The position numbers and the translations under genes were made by a program. The notes below the pieces were generated by a model. It was not told the DNA's origin. It was given only the letters and a program-made list of their open reading frames with translations, and did no database searches. A stretch of 63,982 bases of DNA, counting the filler, from Hausera hauseri (lineage: Eukaryota): NCBI GenBank assembly GCA_046269625.1. It is 10 parts of 10 records of this genome, joined end to end, with 100 filler letters (N's around TTAATTAATTAA, not from the genome) between each part and the next. Parts side by side here need not be neighbours in the genome. Positions count along the whole stretch, not along the records: positions 48,892 to 54,527 come from JBJURY010216188.1; positions 54,628 to 59,489 come from JBJURY010412033.1; positions 59,590 to 63,982 come from JBJURY010604333.1; 7 more parts are not named here. One strand, written 5' to 3'. Shown here in pieces: positions 49,330 through 61,566 of the stretch (the first letter of the stretch is position 1; every line of letters begins with the position of its first letter).

Positions 49330-52300
49330 TGCAATAACAAATACTGCACCAACAATTTCCATTCCACTGACGAATGTGATGAAACAATGGATAAGTACTA
49401 TGGTGCCCAATTTGATGGGTCAATATTTTACATATGTCCGATATGTGAAGTGATATCCAGCCTACAATTCCCTGAGTTTCGAAAACAACATAAAGACCAT
49501 CTAACGATGTTCACAAAATTGAAAAAATCAATTCTGCAAGAGCGCAGGGATATAATAAAAAATAACAAAGCAATTTGTGTCAGACCAACAAATTCCAACA
49601 AATGCCCAACAGCCACTAAATCTAGCTAAACGACCAGTGAATCCACATTCAAATCAGACTGTTAAAAACTAAGGCTTGATTCTGTGACTTAAAAACACCG
49701 AGACGTGATGTAGAATCTGTTATCGCCAATAACCATATTAAGCTTTGTTTTGACATTGCATCCGACCAACTTGTGTCTGCTCATTTACCTGAAGAGATTC
49801 TATCGACGTTACATCTGTACACTTTTCATTTTTCATCTTGCAAGGTTCAGTATGGACTTGAAGTTCTCTTTGAGAATCCTGAAGATGAAACTAATCAGTC
49901 TTATATTTCACATATAGCTGTCCATTATGAGCACGCTTATCCCCAATCTGTTGCTGATAATTTGAAGGATCAAGTTGAGAATTTTGCTGAAATGGGTAGT
50001 GAATGGAAAATAGTCAAGATTCTAAAATACTGTTTTCACATAGTAAAAACAAGTCCACTACCTTATTTGTCTGGAAGGTCTTATCTTCTAACACCTGACT
50101 GTTTAAATAATTTAAAGGTCATTGTCAATGTCCAAAATGAAGACAATTTGTGTTTCTTGTACGCTATTCTTTCAGTGACCATGGATTCTCTATTTGATAG
50201 ACATAGCAGAAATAGGGTCAGCAATTACACACCTTATTTAAGTGAAATGAAATATTCTTCAGATGATATGCCTATGAAAATATGCAACACAGGTAAATTT
50301 GAAAGGCAGAACCCACTCTTATTTATCAATATATTTCTGTTTTATGAAAATGATGATGTTGACTTTGATGTAGATATAGCAAAAAGTCCATTCGTCGATA
50401 TTTTATATCGTAGCAAAAATCCGAATGGATCTGTAGTGAACTTGTTTATTTTGGAAAATAATGATACGTTCCATTATGTTGCTGTTCCCAATCGTAAGCG
50501 ACTACTGAATATTTGCAGTAAGAAAATCCGTATTCAATGAAAACATAGATGCGAAAAATGTTTACATGGTTTTAGGCTTGATACTGCTTACACTAAGCAT
50601 TTGCCAATGTGTATGTCTTCTGCCAAGTGCACAACTTTATATAAAATGTCAGAATATAAGTTTTGTGGGTTTAAGGATTAAGCCAAATCTATAAGTCCTC
50701 CTTTCGTCATATATGCTGATATGAATCTGTTCTGTATCCTGATGATAAAGTCAAGCATATTGATTTGCCTGCTGCAGCCAGTCTCTTGTTAGTTTCACCA
50801 ATAGGTATTGAATATATACAATTTGTAAATAAGAATTCTTGGTTTGTTTAGATGAAATTGTTAAAACATTAGTTTTTTCTTGGTATGAAAATGCCAAAAT
50901 GCAATGATCGCATTAAAACCAGCTGAATGGATTTGGTTTAAAAATGTCACAGCATGTTACCTTTGCCATAAACAGGGCACTACATTTGTTAGGGATCACT
51001 GTAATATTACAGGTAAATTCTGGTACCCAGAATGTAAAAAGTGTAACTTGACTAGATAGATTATGTATTATGTATCAGTCATGATTCACAATTTGTGTGG
51101 ATATGACCTGCATCATATTTTAAAACACGCATTAAGTAAATTCAGAAGTTGGGAATTATGTATTATTCTACAAACAACAGAGAAGGTCCTAAGAATGAAT
51201 GCAATGATCCGCTGTTCGGGTAAAAAGTCAGTTGCTGTTAAATTTCTGGGCACTTTGCAGTTTTTGCCAGCTTCACTGAAAATATTAGCCTCGAACTTAG
51301 ATAGCTACCCATTGACAGAAACGGCTTTTCCTTCGGACATTATTAAAGGAAAAGGTATATTTCCTTACACTGCTGCAAAATCTTTCAGCGACTTGAAGTC
51401 CATTTCTGCATTACCATCAAAATGGGATGGTGTGACTGATAGCGATTATGAGGAAGCACAACTGGTTTGGACAAGATATAGTTGCAGCTCGCTTTTGGAT
51501 TATATGTTGGTATATATGAAACTTGATGTGTTCTTGTTAGGCGATGTTTTTGAACGCTTTAGAAAGGAAGTTAAGTTGCAGGATGGTTTAGAGGCGGTTA
51601 ACTTTGTTTCAATTCCCGGTTTATCTTGGGCAACAGCACTGAAAACCAGTCCATGTCGAATAGAACTTATTCAGGACCCTGAAGTGTACAATTTCTTTCA
51701 ATCTGGTATTCGCGGTGGCATGACTTTTGTGAATAAGCGTAGAGTTGTTTCCGATGATAGCACCAGTCTCTTGTATATAGATGTAAATAATTTGTACGGC
51801 TGGGCTTTGTCACAACCTTTACCTTTTGCGAATTTAACTTGGATTTATGATGAAGATAAGATTGAGCTTATGCAGTATCCTGAGATGTATCAGTTCTTTC
51901 AGTCGGGTATTCGCGGTGTCATGACTTTTGTAAATAAGCATAGGGTTGTCTCTGATGAAAGCACAAGTCTCTTGTATAATGATGTAAATAATTTGTACGG
52001 TTGGGATTATCTCAACCTCTGCCATTTGTGAATTTGGTATGGATATATGATGCGGGTAAATTAAATAGTTTAATTGAACAGTTGCCTTTTATTGACTGTG
52101 TTAGGAAAAAACGAGGCTTAATTCTTGAATTTGACTTAAGCATTCCGGCTAACAAACATGATAAGTTGGACCAATTGGCTCTAGCTCCAATTAATAAATG
52201 TCATCCTGGTTCAAAAGTAAAGAAATTGCTGCTTACACATGAGCGTAAGTCCAACTATTTTGTTCATTATCGGCTCTTACAATTGTACATTGAGTTAGAT

Positions 52301-53190
52301 GCTGTAGTTGAAAAGGTTCATCAGGTCGTTGAGATTGACCAGAAATATTTTTTCAAGTATTATATCGATCTAAATACTGCAAAGAGGGCTACAGCAAATA
52401 ATCCTTTTGAAAAAGACTATTTTAAGCTTAAGAACAACAGCTTATATGGCAAAACAGTCGAAAATTTGCTAAATAGGTCAAAGCTGAGAGTGTGCAATAA
52501 TGCTAAAAAGCTAGTTACATATGCTAGTAAGGCTTAGTTTAAAGAATTATTATAGATAATGACCTGGTTGCCGTCCACCTCGATAAAGACATGGTTACAT
52601 TAGATAAACCCCCGTACATCGGTCAGGCCGTACTTGATCTATCCAAGTTACAAATGTATGAGCTAAATTATATCGAGTTGGAGACATATAGGCACCAGTT
52701 TCAGTGTGAACTTAGTATCTTTGCCGGTGGCACAGACAGTTTTTCATCGAACGCCGTGGTGTTGATTTGAGATCACAGCTCCTGCCAGCAATGATAGCAA
52801 ACGAGCAGTTATATGCGTCAAACTATGACAAGAGTCATCCGCTGTTCTCGACCCGTTTCGCAGCTTTAATTGGGAAATTTAAAGACGAAAGTAAGGACTG
52901 CGTTCAGTATGAATAGGGGATTTTTCTAGGGCCAAAATCCTATGCTCTTAAAACCCAAACCAAACCAGTCCTGAAATGCAAAGGGATCAATCTCAAACAG
53001 ACAGACCTACAGTTTGACAGCTACCGACAGGCTTATGAAATCGGTTGTGGGACCATGGTGGACCAAGAGCGAATTAGCAGCAAAAACCGCCAACTTATGA
53101 CAATCAGTTCAAAAAAGAAATCATTGAACCAGTTTGACGACAACGCCAGTGGATTGACAAGAATAAAAGTGTCGCATACGGATATTATTG
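49330..53190 (+). mobile_element. Protein-primed family B DNA polymerase gene of a Polinton/Maverick (adintovirus-type) element, pseudogenised
   Basis: GSEW, NVQNEDNLCFLYAIL, FERQNP, PFVIYAD (ExoI), CYLC..VRDHC.ITGKF..C..CNL (endonuclease VII-like), HNLCGYD (ExoII), KGIFPY, YMKLDVFLL (ExoIII), GIRGG, YIDVNNLYGWA (motif A), KLKNNSLYGKT (B), GTDSF (C), IGKFKDE, PKSY, KCKGI. Confidence 0.92.
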
Positions 53191-53385
53191 TATAAATATG
53201 TGATTATTGTTCATGATGTACATATATTTCATGTTAATAAATATTTCACTCTTTACTGTGTTTGTTTTATTAATAAGGCTTTTAATCATATCAAATATAT
53301 TTCATTTATAGTGTTTTGGTATTGTGAATATTTATAATACTTTGATATTGTAAAGATTTATAACATACAAAGTTAAACACATTTA

Positions 53386-53645
53386 TTATCGAACAAATCT
53401 AGATAAAAATATTACAAATGCACCAGTAAGTATACTGAAAAAAAGTAAAACATTTCTTTGTCCTTTCTAGATTCATCTCTAATGTTTGTCATCAATATCG
53501 ATCGAACAACAAGTTCTACATAGCCTTCTTTTGACAAAAAGTATTCATTCTCCACTTTATTAAAAAATTGGACACAGTCTATTTTCCCACTGCATATGTC
53601 ATTTGTGAGCCGTTTAATTTCAGCTTCTAAATCTATTTTGTAATT
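53386..53645 (-). pseudogene. Frameshifted homolog of the small tail-anchored ORF at 58947-59222
   Basis: IDLEAEIKRLTNDICSG../..YVELVVRSILMTNIRDESRK../SILTGAFVIFL aligns with YIESEIQKLSNDIMAG..NIELIVRSLFVKRIEDEIRR..FLIGLLF. Confidence 0.7.
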
Positions 53646-53989
53646 CTAAGTATACAGAAAATTTCAGATAACAGAATTAAAAACATATCATTTGTCGCAC
53701 TATTTGTTGAAACAACGCCAAGCTTTTTGCACACCTATTTTCATACCCCATCACCAAATTAAAAAAAGAATTTTTTTACGCGCGAAATTCAAATTTTTAC
53801 ACCTAATTAAAATCTATGCCGTACATATGCTTGTGTGTATCCACTTTGTGACTGTGTATCTCCTATCTCCGCCCTATTAACCGTGTATGTGTGTATCGTT
53901 TTTTCTACCCTATGACTCATCCGTGAACCACATCTTTCTTCTTCCCTGGAGGGGGTATTGGCGCAGTGCTAAGGGCACTTACTAAGAAC

Positions 53990-54527
53990 ACTTTTGCACA
54001 TTTGACAAATCGGTCGCTGCAAAGTGCAGTATTGATCGAATCGATCGGGACAAAGTGCTAATCAATAGTACACATCAGTGCGCATCGATCTGTACACAGT
54101 GCAAGTGTGCAAAAATCAATAATATTGGATTTCCGATAAATTTAATACTGATAATTAGCATTCGACATCGGGTGAAATCGGTTGCGCACATGATGCGCTA
54201 TGTGAATGTGCAGATAGAATTTAAATCGATTGATTGGTTTTCGAATAATTCGCAAGTGGTACCGAACCGCCACAGGTCTTTCCGCTATAAATTTTAAATC
54301 AATAATATCAATATGGCGCATATACTGATAGGTGCAGTACTTGATGTACTTTCGATCAGTGCAATACACGAGTCAGGTGTGCTCTTGGATACGGTTGCCA
54401 GGGCACTTTTTCACTTTGCACAGTTTTGCAGCTGTGCAGCTCAGAATTGATGGAATTGATCGGGGTAAAATGCTATTGGATAGAGCACATAGAGGTGCAC
54501 CTTGGTATGTGTTTTGCAATGCAAAAA
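53990..54527. repeat. Interspersed repeat rich in ATCGAT/TGCA palindromes; copy 2
   Basis: Homologous to 48520-48791. Confidence 0.8.
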
Positions 54528-54627
54528 NNNNNNNNNNNNNNNNNNNNNNNNNNNNNNNNNNNNNNNNNNNNTTAATTAATTAANNNNNNNNNNNNNNNNN
54601 NNNNNNNNNNNNNNNNNNNNNNNNNNN
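54528..54627. other. Artificial contig linker
   Basis: N44-TTAATTAATTAA-N44. Confidence 0.98.
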
Positions 54628-55411
54628 TCTCTTTCCCGATCCGTTCGGCTACTCGCCGCCCAATTGTTACGGGACCGGTGCCGACTCACCCATAACGTTT
54701 TCCCGTTCCCCAGAAATTATATGCCGGTCCTGGCTTACTTTTTTTCCCTCGCCCCTTGCTTCCGCATAGCGTCCTATCTACCTCGGTCCTTCGGCTTTTG
54801 ATGCGCCTTCCGTGTCCCATCATTTCCATGCGCCACACACCTCCGTGCACAATTTCCTTTTTACATTAGCATTTTCGTGCACTTCTCCTGCTTCCGGGGT
54901 GCACCGTGCACCGTCAACGGTGTGTTTTTTGGAATCTAAGTAGCCGAATCTATCCGGCCGTGCGGGTGTGCGCATCAAGCACGCTTTGGATTGGCTGTTG
55001 TGGGAAGGGGGTGAACCAGAACCGGCATTTTTCTATACTCACATGGTGGAGAAACCGTAGAGGCAGTTTTGCCACCAGAAGGAGCTAAAGGCCATCTAAT
55101 ATTGAAGTTGAAAGGATACAAGGATCTGCACGGCGTTAAATCACCAATATGGAAGCCATGAAAGTTTACACTGATTTGACTTACTTTGTTTTCGATTTTA
55201 GCTTATGATTAATAAATTGTATTGATGTTGTCTTTCATATTGTTTCTCATCACATAAAGTTAAATATGCAAATGTATATAGATAAATTAAATGATAATAA
55301 AACAAAAGGCAAAAACAACGAATAATATGCATTATTAATACAAAACAAACAGATCACAATGAATTGTCACAGTAATTTGATCTGTCTGCACCGAATTCAT
55401 GTGCGCGTGTT

Positions 55412-58400
55412 TTATTCCAAACGCCAATGTCCATACACCCAACTCTCATTTCGTCCCACCCACTTACACTTATCTTCATTGCATGATAAAGTGACTTTTG
55501 TATTGGTCACCGTATTCAACTGGTGCTCAATCGATCGGATGATCGTTTGTTACACAACATCCTTTGGCGTACGTGACCAATCGCTTTTCGCTATTGCACA
55601 GGAGTACGTTGAGCCGCCTTTTCAGATCCTCTACTGTTTTTCCGTAGAGAGAATTGTTTTTTCAGTTTGAAGTGGTCCTTTTCAAACTTTATACAAGCTG
55701 CAGCTTGTTTTTCTGAATCCCGACAGATGTACGGCTTGAATATCGGAGCCCCTGCGAATCGGATTGCGCGATGTGGCTGTGTGACGTGTAAACTCAACTG
55801 CGTGTAAAATTGCAACAGAGGACAATGAACTATGTAATTTTTCTTAGGTTCATGCATCATAAACAGATTTTTCACTTCGAGCCCGGCAGACATTGGCTAA
55901 TTTGTGCGACAGGCAGTTCATCCAGAAAGGCATGCAGCTCATCTGGTACCACGAGGTCGACTTCGATTAGGTATCCGATTGAGCTGTTTTCTTCTGTGTT
56001 TGCTCTCAGCAGATTTTCCAGTATTCCGTCCAGGTCCTGTTTGTCAACTATCCATTCGAATGAACCGTGCGGCAAGGGTTGTGAAACGCCCAGCCGTACA
56101 GGTTATTAATGTCGATATACAACAGTGATTTGGTGTGATCACTGATTACGTGACGTTTGTTGACAAATGTTATGGCGCCACGAATACCAACATCAAACAT
56201 TTTGTACATTTCCAAGTCTTGCAACAGCTCAATATTCTGATGCAGTGACATTAGAGCTGACGCCCAACTCATTCCCAGTATTGAACAAAAGTTAAGTGGC
56301 TCCAATCAATCTTCTGCCAACGTTTTAGCTCGAAATGTCTAAAGCACATCGACTAACAAGTACACATCGAATTTCAGATAATGAAGCATGTACTCCAACA
56401 GGTTTTTGCAGCCGAGCTCTGCCAAAAACGACTGTTCTCTGTGATATTCTTCTTCTCTGATACCGGGCCATTGCGGTGGTAATTCGTCTGTCATCTGGAG
56501 CCGCTCGTACGATATCGCAAAGTCATACGGGAATATATCTTTGCTACGTGCAATATATACAGGGAACTGAGTCAGTGTTGGCGGCATATCTGGCAAGGCA
56601 TTCCCCAGCTTTGCTACAGATTCTTTGAGAAATTGCAATGGATCGAGGAAGCGTACCTGGAACAGGTTTATACGAACTGACAGTGATAGGTATTTCTCCA
56701 TCATAGTCGGAATTACGGATAGTTCCGAGTGCGGAAATCCGCTTATTGCCCATTTCAAAATATGGTGACAATAATAACCCCTGAAGTTATGAAATACCAC
56801 TCGTATGAATGGCCTCACACACCTTGCCAAATTGCATGAATTGCATGCTGCTTCAAAGTGTCGACCGGCAAAATGATCGTGATCTGGTACGAGCCGTACC
56901 AGTGCATCGAACGGTAACATTTTGTGGCACAGGTAACATTCATCGGTGGCTGCAAACATCAACGGTTCATATTCGTCTGTCCACATCAAGGGTTTATTGC
57001 TCTTATTGCTGTACCAGGGTGCGACTTTCCTTTCTACTATTGTTTCCAACTAATGCAGGTAATCATGGATACAGTTCCAGCCGTGGAAAAGGTAATACTG
57101 CGATTGACCAGTGGTTTTATTGGGACTACCAACATACCGACATCGATTGGAACGGGCTTTTGATCGTACACATTGTGCTGTCGTAGAACGGCTTCAATAT
57201 CGGCATATACCACGTATGCCGGACCGTCGAAATTTGATCAGTGACTGAATCTCAGCTCCTTCTTGACTGGCATGACGTACATTGTGATTTTCGAGGAATT
57301 TCATCTGCATAGAGTCACATGTTTCTCCCACGCTGTTTCTGATCTGAATCCATGCAGACATACGGGACATCATTTACACCGTATAGGCTTTTTGATGAAC
57401 TGGTCATGTTCCATTTTTAACAGTCTGTCCAGATTTGTCACTTCAGCGCAATGGAATTTTTCCTTTTGCTCTAACAGCAACAAATTTATTGGGCAGCTCT
57501 TTGGGTTCCGACTACGATAGATTATGTCCACATGAGGATTTTTGTAAATTTCTTCATCCGCCGGTATTTCTATTATTGTGTTGTAGCGGAACACGTTGAT
57601 TGTCAGTGTCGGATTACACCGTTCAAATGTCGGAATAGATTTCAGTTTCATCGGCATCGAGCATCCATCGTAATTTAATTCGCAAAAATATTTCTGATAG
57701 TGTTTTGGACTATATGCACTATGTCTGTGTACGTGGTCATATTTCAATACCTACAGAATTCTGTAAAAAAGCAGTATTCATCGTTAGTATTTTTTACATT
57801 CACTACCGCTAGAGACTGCTTCAGAGCTACAGGTGTGGGCATGAATTTTCGTCCAGACAAATATATTATGTCACACGACTTTTTTATGATAAAGCCGAGG
57901 ATGACAAATTTTATAATTCGCCATCCACTACCCTTTGCCCTATAATTGGTGATTTTCTGCTCGAGCTTTCCGACTACATCGACAGTAAAATCTTCGCCGT
58001 ATTGTTTCCTGTCACCTTCCAAATTTTTGAATTCTGCAAGTGCATCATATTGCATTTTGCAGTGATTTTGGAATTTCTCCTATTCTGATTCCAACCAGTT
58101 GCGGACATTTTGCGGAATGTGTCTCAATTGCGTTATTGTTGTTTTCGCCGACATGTTCACTTTTATGTTCACGTACCATATGTTCAAATCGCACTTTACC
58201 GTAATATTGGGAATACTGACATCCTGTTGCTCCTGTTCTTGTTGTTGATTCTGTTCCTGATGCTGATGCTGCTCTCTACTGTTTCTGATTAAGTCCTCAA
58301 GATTTGTTAAGGCCTGACGTTTCCTACTGGTTGTTGAGGGGATGCTTTTAGTTGCGTCCATAACTAGTTGTTTTTCGACCTCTTAAACTGGTTTAAGTGG

Positions 58401-58585
58401 TCCTTGTACTGATTATAAAATTGTTTATAGTTGATTTCAGCAACTACTAAACAACAACCGGGAAAAACGTAGGCCCGTTTATTGGGCATCGTTATGGTGC
58501 CATAGTACTGTTCCATTGTACTATGACAACCACTAACGTTGTGCACTTTATTATTGCAGTAGTGTGGATATGTGGAGTAAATGGT
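55412..58585 (-). mobile_element. Second protein-primed PolB gene (Polinton/adintovirus-type), pseudogenised, with the motif C region deleted
   Basis: KGSGW, NVKNTNDEYCF, FERCNP, CYLCHK..DHDHFAG..AACNSCNL, FHNFRGY, FLDPLQFL, IFPY, YLKFDVYLL, GIRGA, YIDINNLYGWA, NSLYGKTVE. It jumps from RLVTYAK (~55565) to the C-terminal IRSIEHQL..K.TLS..EDK..YGHW. Confidence 0.92.
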
Positions 58586-58946
58586 CTAGAGTCAACGGTC
58601 GAAGATAATGCTTGTGGAACCCATAAAAGTTGGTATAAGGGCCCTGGGAAAAAACGTCGCACGTTGGACACACACACGTGTTCTTTCCTCCAACGCTGTA
58701 ATATTTCGCAATCTATTGATGGCATTGATCCACCTTATGTATGCGAGAGACGCTGTACATGGGATATTGCTTAAATTTCTAAATATAAACAAATTAACTT
58801 TAACATAGATTAAAATTATAAATAAAATTAATTAAAATACATAAACTTGTAAAATTAAACATTAAACATAACCCCAATGGTCTGTGAAAAATTGACTTAC
58901 TCTATTATAAACATTTATTCCCCATACGTCCACTATTACTAATCAA

Positions 58947-59222
58947 ATGGAACAGTATATTGAAAGTGAAATTCAGAAATTGTCCAATGACATAATGGCT
59001 GGATATGTGTTTGATGTGCGGTTTTTATATGAACTGACCGAAACGAGAATAATGAGCAGGAGAGAAAATATTGAATTGATAGTCAGATCTCTCTTCGTAA
59101 AACGTATCGAGGATGAAATAAGACGAAAACGACAACAACGACGACAGATTAATTTCCTCATTGGACTTTTATTTTCTGCTTCGCTTTGTATTGTAATGAA
59201 AAAGTTGATTGACCGCATCTAA
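58947..59222 (+). CDS. 91-aa orphan protein with a basic patch and C-terminal transmembrane helix, associated with the pPolB element
   Basis: Intact ATG-TAA ORF with a TATA-like ttataaa upstream. RRKRQQRRQ is followed by INFLIGLLFSASLCIVM. A homolog lies next to the other pPolB. Confidence 0.68.
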   Translation: MEQYIESEIQKLSNDIMAGYVFDVRFLYELTETRIMSRRENIELIVRSLFVKRIEDEIRRKRQQRRQINFLIGLLFSASLCIVMKKLIDRI

Positions 59223-59489
59223 TCACACATGTTGCATTTGTTTTCTTGAATCAATATGATTTAATTCGCATGTCTTTGTTGTTACATTTAAGTATAAATA
59301 CTTGTGCTTCATTACAGCATGACATTACGACATGTCTCATTTATCAGAATTCATTCGTTTGTATCACTCCTTCGACGATCTCCGGAGTCACCTTTATATT
59401 CTTGATTGACCTTTGCATGATACACAATACCGTTCGTGACTTGATGATATGCATTACCGAGGTCTAAACGTGAAAAAAATTTGAACAGC

Positions 59490-59589
59490 NNNNNNNNNNN
59501 NNNNNNNNNNNNNNNNNNNNNNNNNNNNNNNNNTTAATTAATTAANNNNNNNNNNNNNNNNNNNNNNNNNNNNNNNNNNNNNNNNNNNN
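59490..59589. other. Artificial contig linker
   Basis: N44-TTAATTAATTAA-N44. Confidence 0.98.
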
Positions 59590-60100
59590 ACAGAGGATTT
59601 CATAATTGTATAGTGACTCGTTAAACGTAATTCTACTATAGAGATAAAAAATGAAACAAGAAATATAGTGTGCAATCAATGCAAGTTGATCACGTATGTT
59701 AAAATTTTTTTTATATTACAAATTAATTTTGTTTTGGATAATATGCGGTATTTAAAAAAGTATTTTATTGATTATTTTGTACTATATTTGAATACTCTTC
59801 GATTGTTTAAATGTATTATTTAAATGAATGAATTTTGAACGTTAACCTTACAGTTTTGTTCAAAATACCCCCAAAACATAAAACATCAATTATTACAATT
59901 TATAGTGTTCAACAAGCGAGAATCTACAGTTTTGATTCGATGCATTCTCGATATATTCTTATACCACAAAAATGATTTAAGTGCTATTTGATCTGCTAAT
60001 TCAAACAATTTTTGTAATCACATTTAACTTCTCTACCAATAAAAGAAAGTCGACAGAAAATTGTATATTTTATAATTTCAAATTTCAGAAATCAATGTCA

Positions 60101-60379
60101 CTAACAATGACCCAATACATGAGCCACATATTTGATAATATTGTCTCTGTTGACTTTGATGCATTGTTTTCGGGTCAAGTAGCAGAGCATTAAGGTACAT
60201 ATTGAATTTGTACCATGACAGACACATGCATTGCATCCTCCTGCACCACGATATCCCAGTCCATTGGCTTTAGGCCATTTGCAATAGTCAGGTAGAATGC
60301 ATCGAAATACTTTATGCCCAGAACTTACCGACACTAGAACTAGACAACATAGAAATACAATAAACTTAATTGAAGTCAT
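60101..60379 (-). CDS. Secreted 92-aa Cys-rich pacifastin-like protease inhibitor (putative P1 Leu)
   Basis: Signal peptide MTSIKFIVFLCCLVLVSVSSG; C-x15-CNACVCHG-x4-CTLMLC; TATA box (CATATAAAA, 60420-60412); paralog at 61297. Confidence 0.8.
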   Translation of the reverse strand: MTSIKFIVFLCCLVLVSVSSGHKVFRCILPDYCKWPKANGLGYRGAGGCNACVCHGTNSICTLMLCYLTRKQCIKVNRDNIIKYVAHVLGHC

Positions 60380-61296
60380 GATCGAATAATTTTGTAATTT
60401 GTCTGTGTCATTTTTATATGGTAGCAAATGCGTGTGGTGCTTACGACTATTTTTAGTAACTGTAAAACATAAGTCGTCATTTTGGGGGAAATATGAGCGA
60501 CATGAAATTCTGTCGGTTAAATCCAGTGTACAAAATTTTTAGAACAGGTGATTTAGGTCAGCCTGGATTGTTGGCATTTGTGCATTTCATAACTTACTTT
60601 CGGGTACTTCTGCCTCATTCACTCCTCCACAATGAGAAATATTTGTTATGTGCTGTACGTAGAGTACGCTGGTGATTTGGAGATTAGTTGGTTTATTACA
60701 TGTACGGTCAACTAAAGACATCAATTAACACAGTACGATGTAGTGATCATTACAGATCATGTTTGACATATTCTAATTTGTTGTTCCGATGACTAGGATG
60801 TCTAAACTGCCACTGCATGGCGTAAAGACGGATGCAATGAATTTCATCGTAATTTTCTTCCCAAAATTAAGTTTTGGAATTGGAGCAACCTGTCGAATAA
60901 TCCCACTTTGATTTCATTTAAAACTCTTCTTCCTACATGGTGGGGATCACATCTTCTATAAATAAGCCCACTATTTCGGAATGTTTACCGGTTTGAATTT
61001 AGTTGCTGCAAGACTCTTAGAAAATCGTACACTTCACTATTCATTCCATTAGTAAAAGATGATAATTGATTAGTCAATAAGCATAATTGATAGAAATTTT
61101 ATAATTTAATAATAAGTCATTATCACATATTTAATTCATATCGACTAATTTAGTCTATTTGGCAAATATGTGATAGCCCCATAATTCAACCAAAAGTCGG
61201 TCACGTCTAAAATAAGACAATTTTCACATGAAATTACCAACTGTGGTACTATATAAATGGATTGACTGTGGTGAATTCGACAATTATTTTTGTGCA

Positions 61297-61566
61297 ATGA
61301 ACGCTGCGTTATTCGTTTGTATTTTTATTCTAGTTGCAGTTCATTTGAACAATGCCAAATTTCAATGTAAACTACCGAACTATTGCAAATGGCCGGATTC
61401 TAATGGATTCCAATTTTTGGGCGCAGGCGGATGTAACAAATGTACTTGTTCAAGAAACCGTGCGACATGTACGAAGAAGTATTGTCATTTGACTCCGGCA
61501 CAGTGTCGTAAAGTAAACATGAAAAATATTATTAAGTATATTATTCATGTTCTGAGTCATTTCTAA
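61297..61566 (+). CDS. Secreted 89-aa Cys-rich pacifastin-like protease inhibitor (putative P1 Lys)
   Basis: Signal peptide MNAALFVCIFILVAVHLNNA; C-x15-CNKCTC-x6-CTKKYC; TATATAAA at ~61250; paralog at 60101. Confidence 0.8.
   Translation: MNAALFVCIFILVAVHLNNAKFQCKLPNYCKWPDSNGFQFLGAGGCNKCTCSRNRATCTKKYCHLTPAQCRKVNMKNIIKYIIHVLSHF

Noticed and set aside
5978-59589. Regularly recurring TTAATTAATTAA as a biological repeat or piggyBac target
   Set aside because: It is always centred in an exact 100-bp N spacer, so it is an artificial linker. Adjacency across linkers is meaningless.
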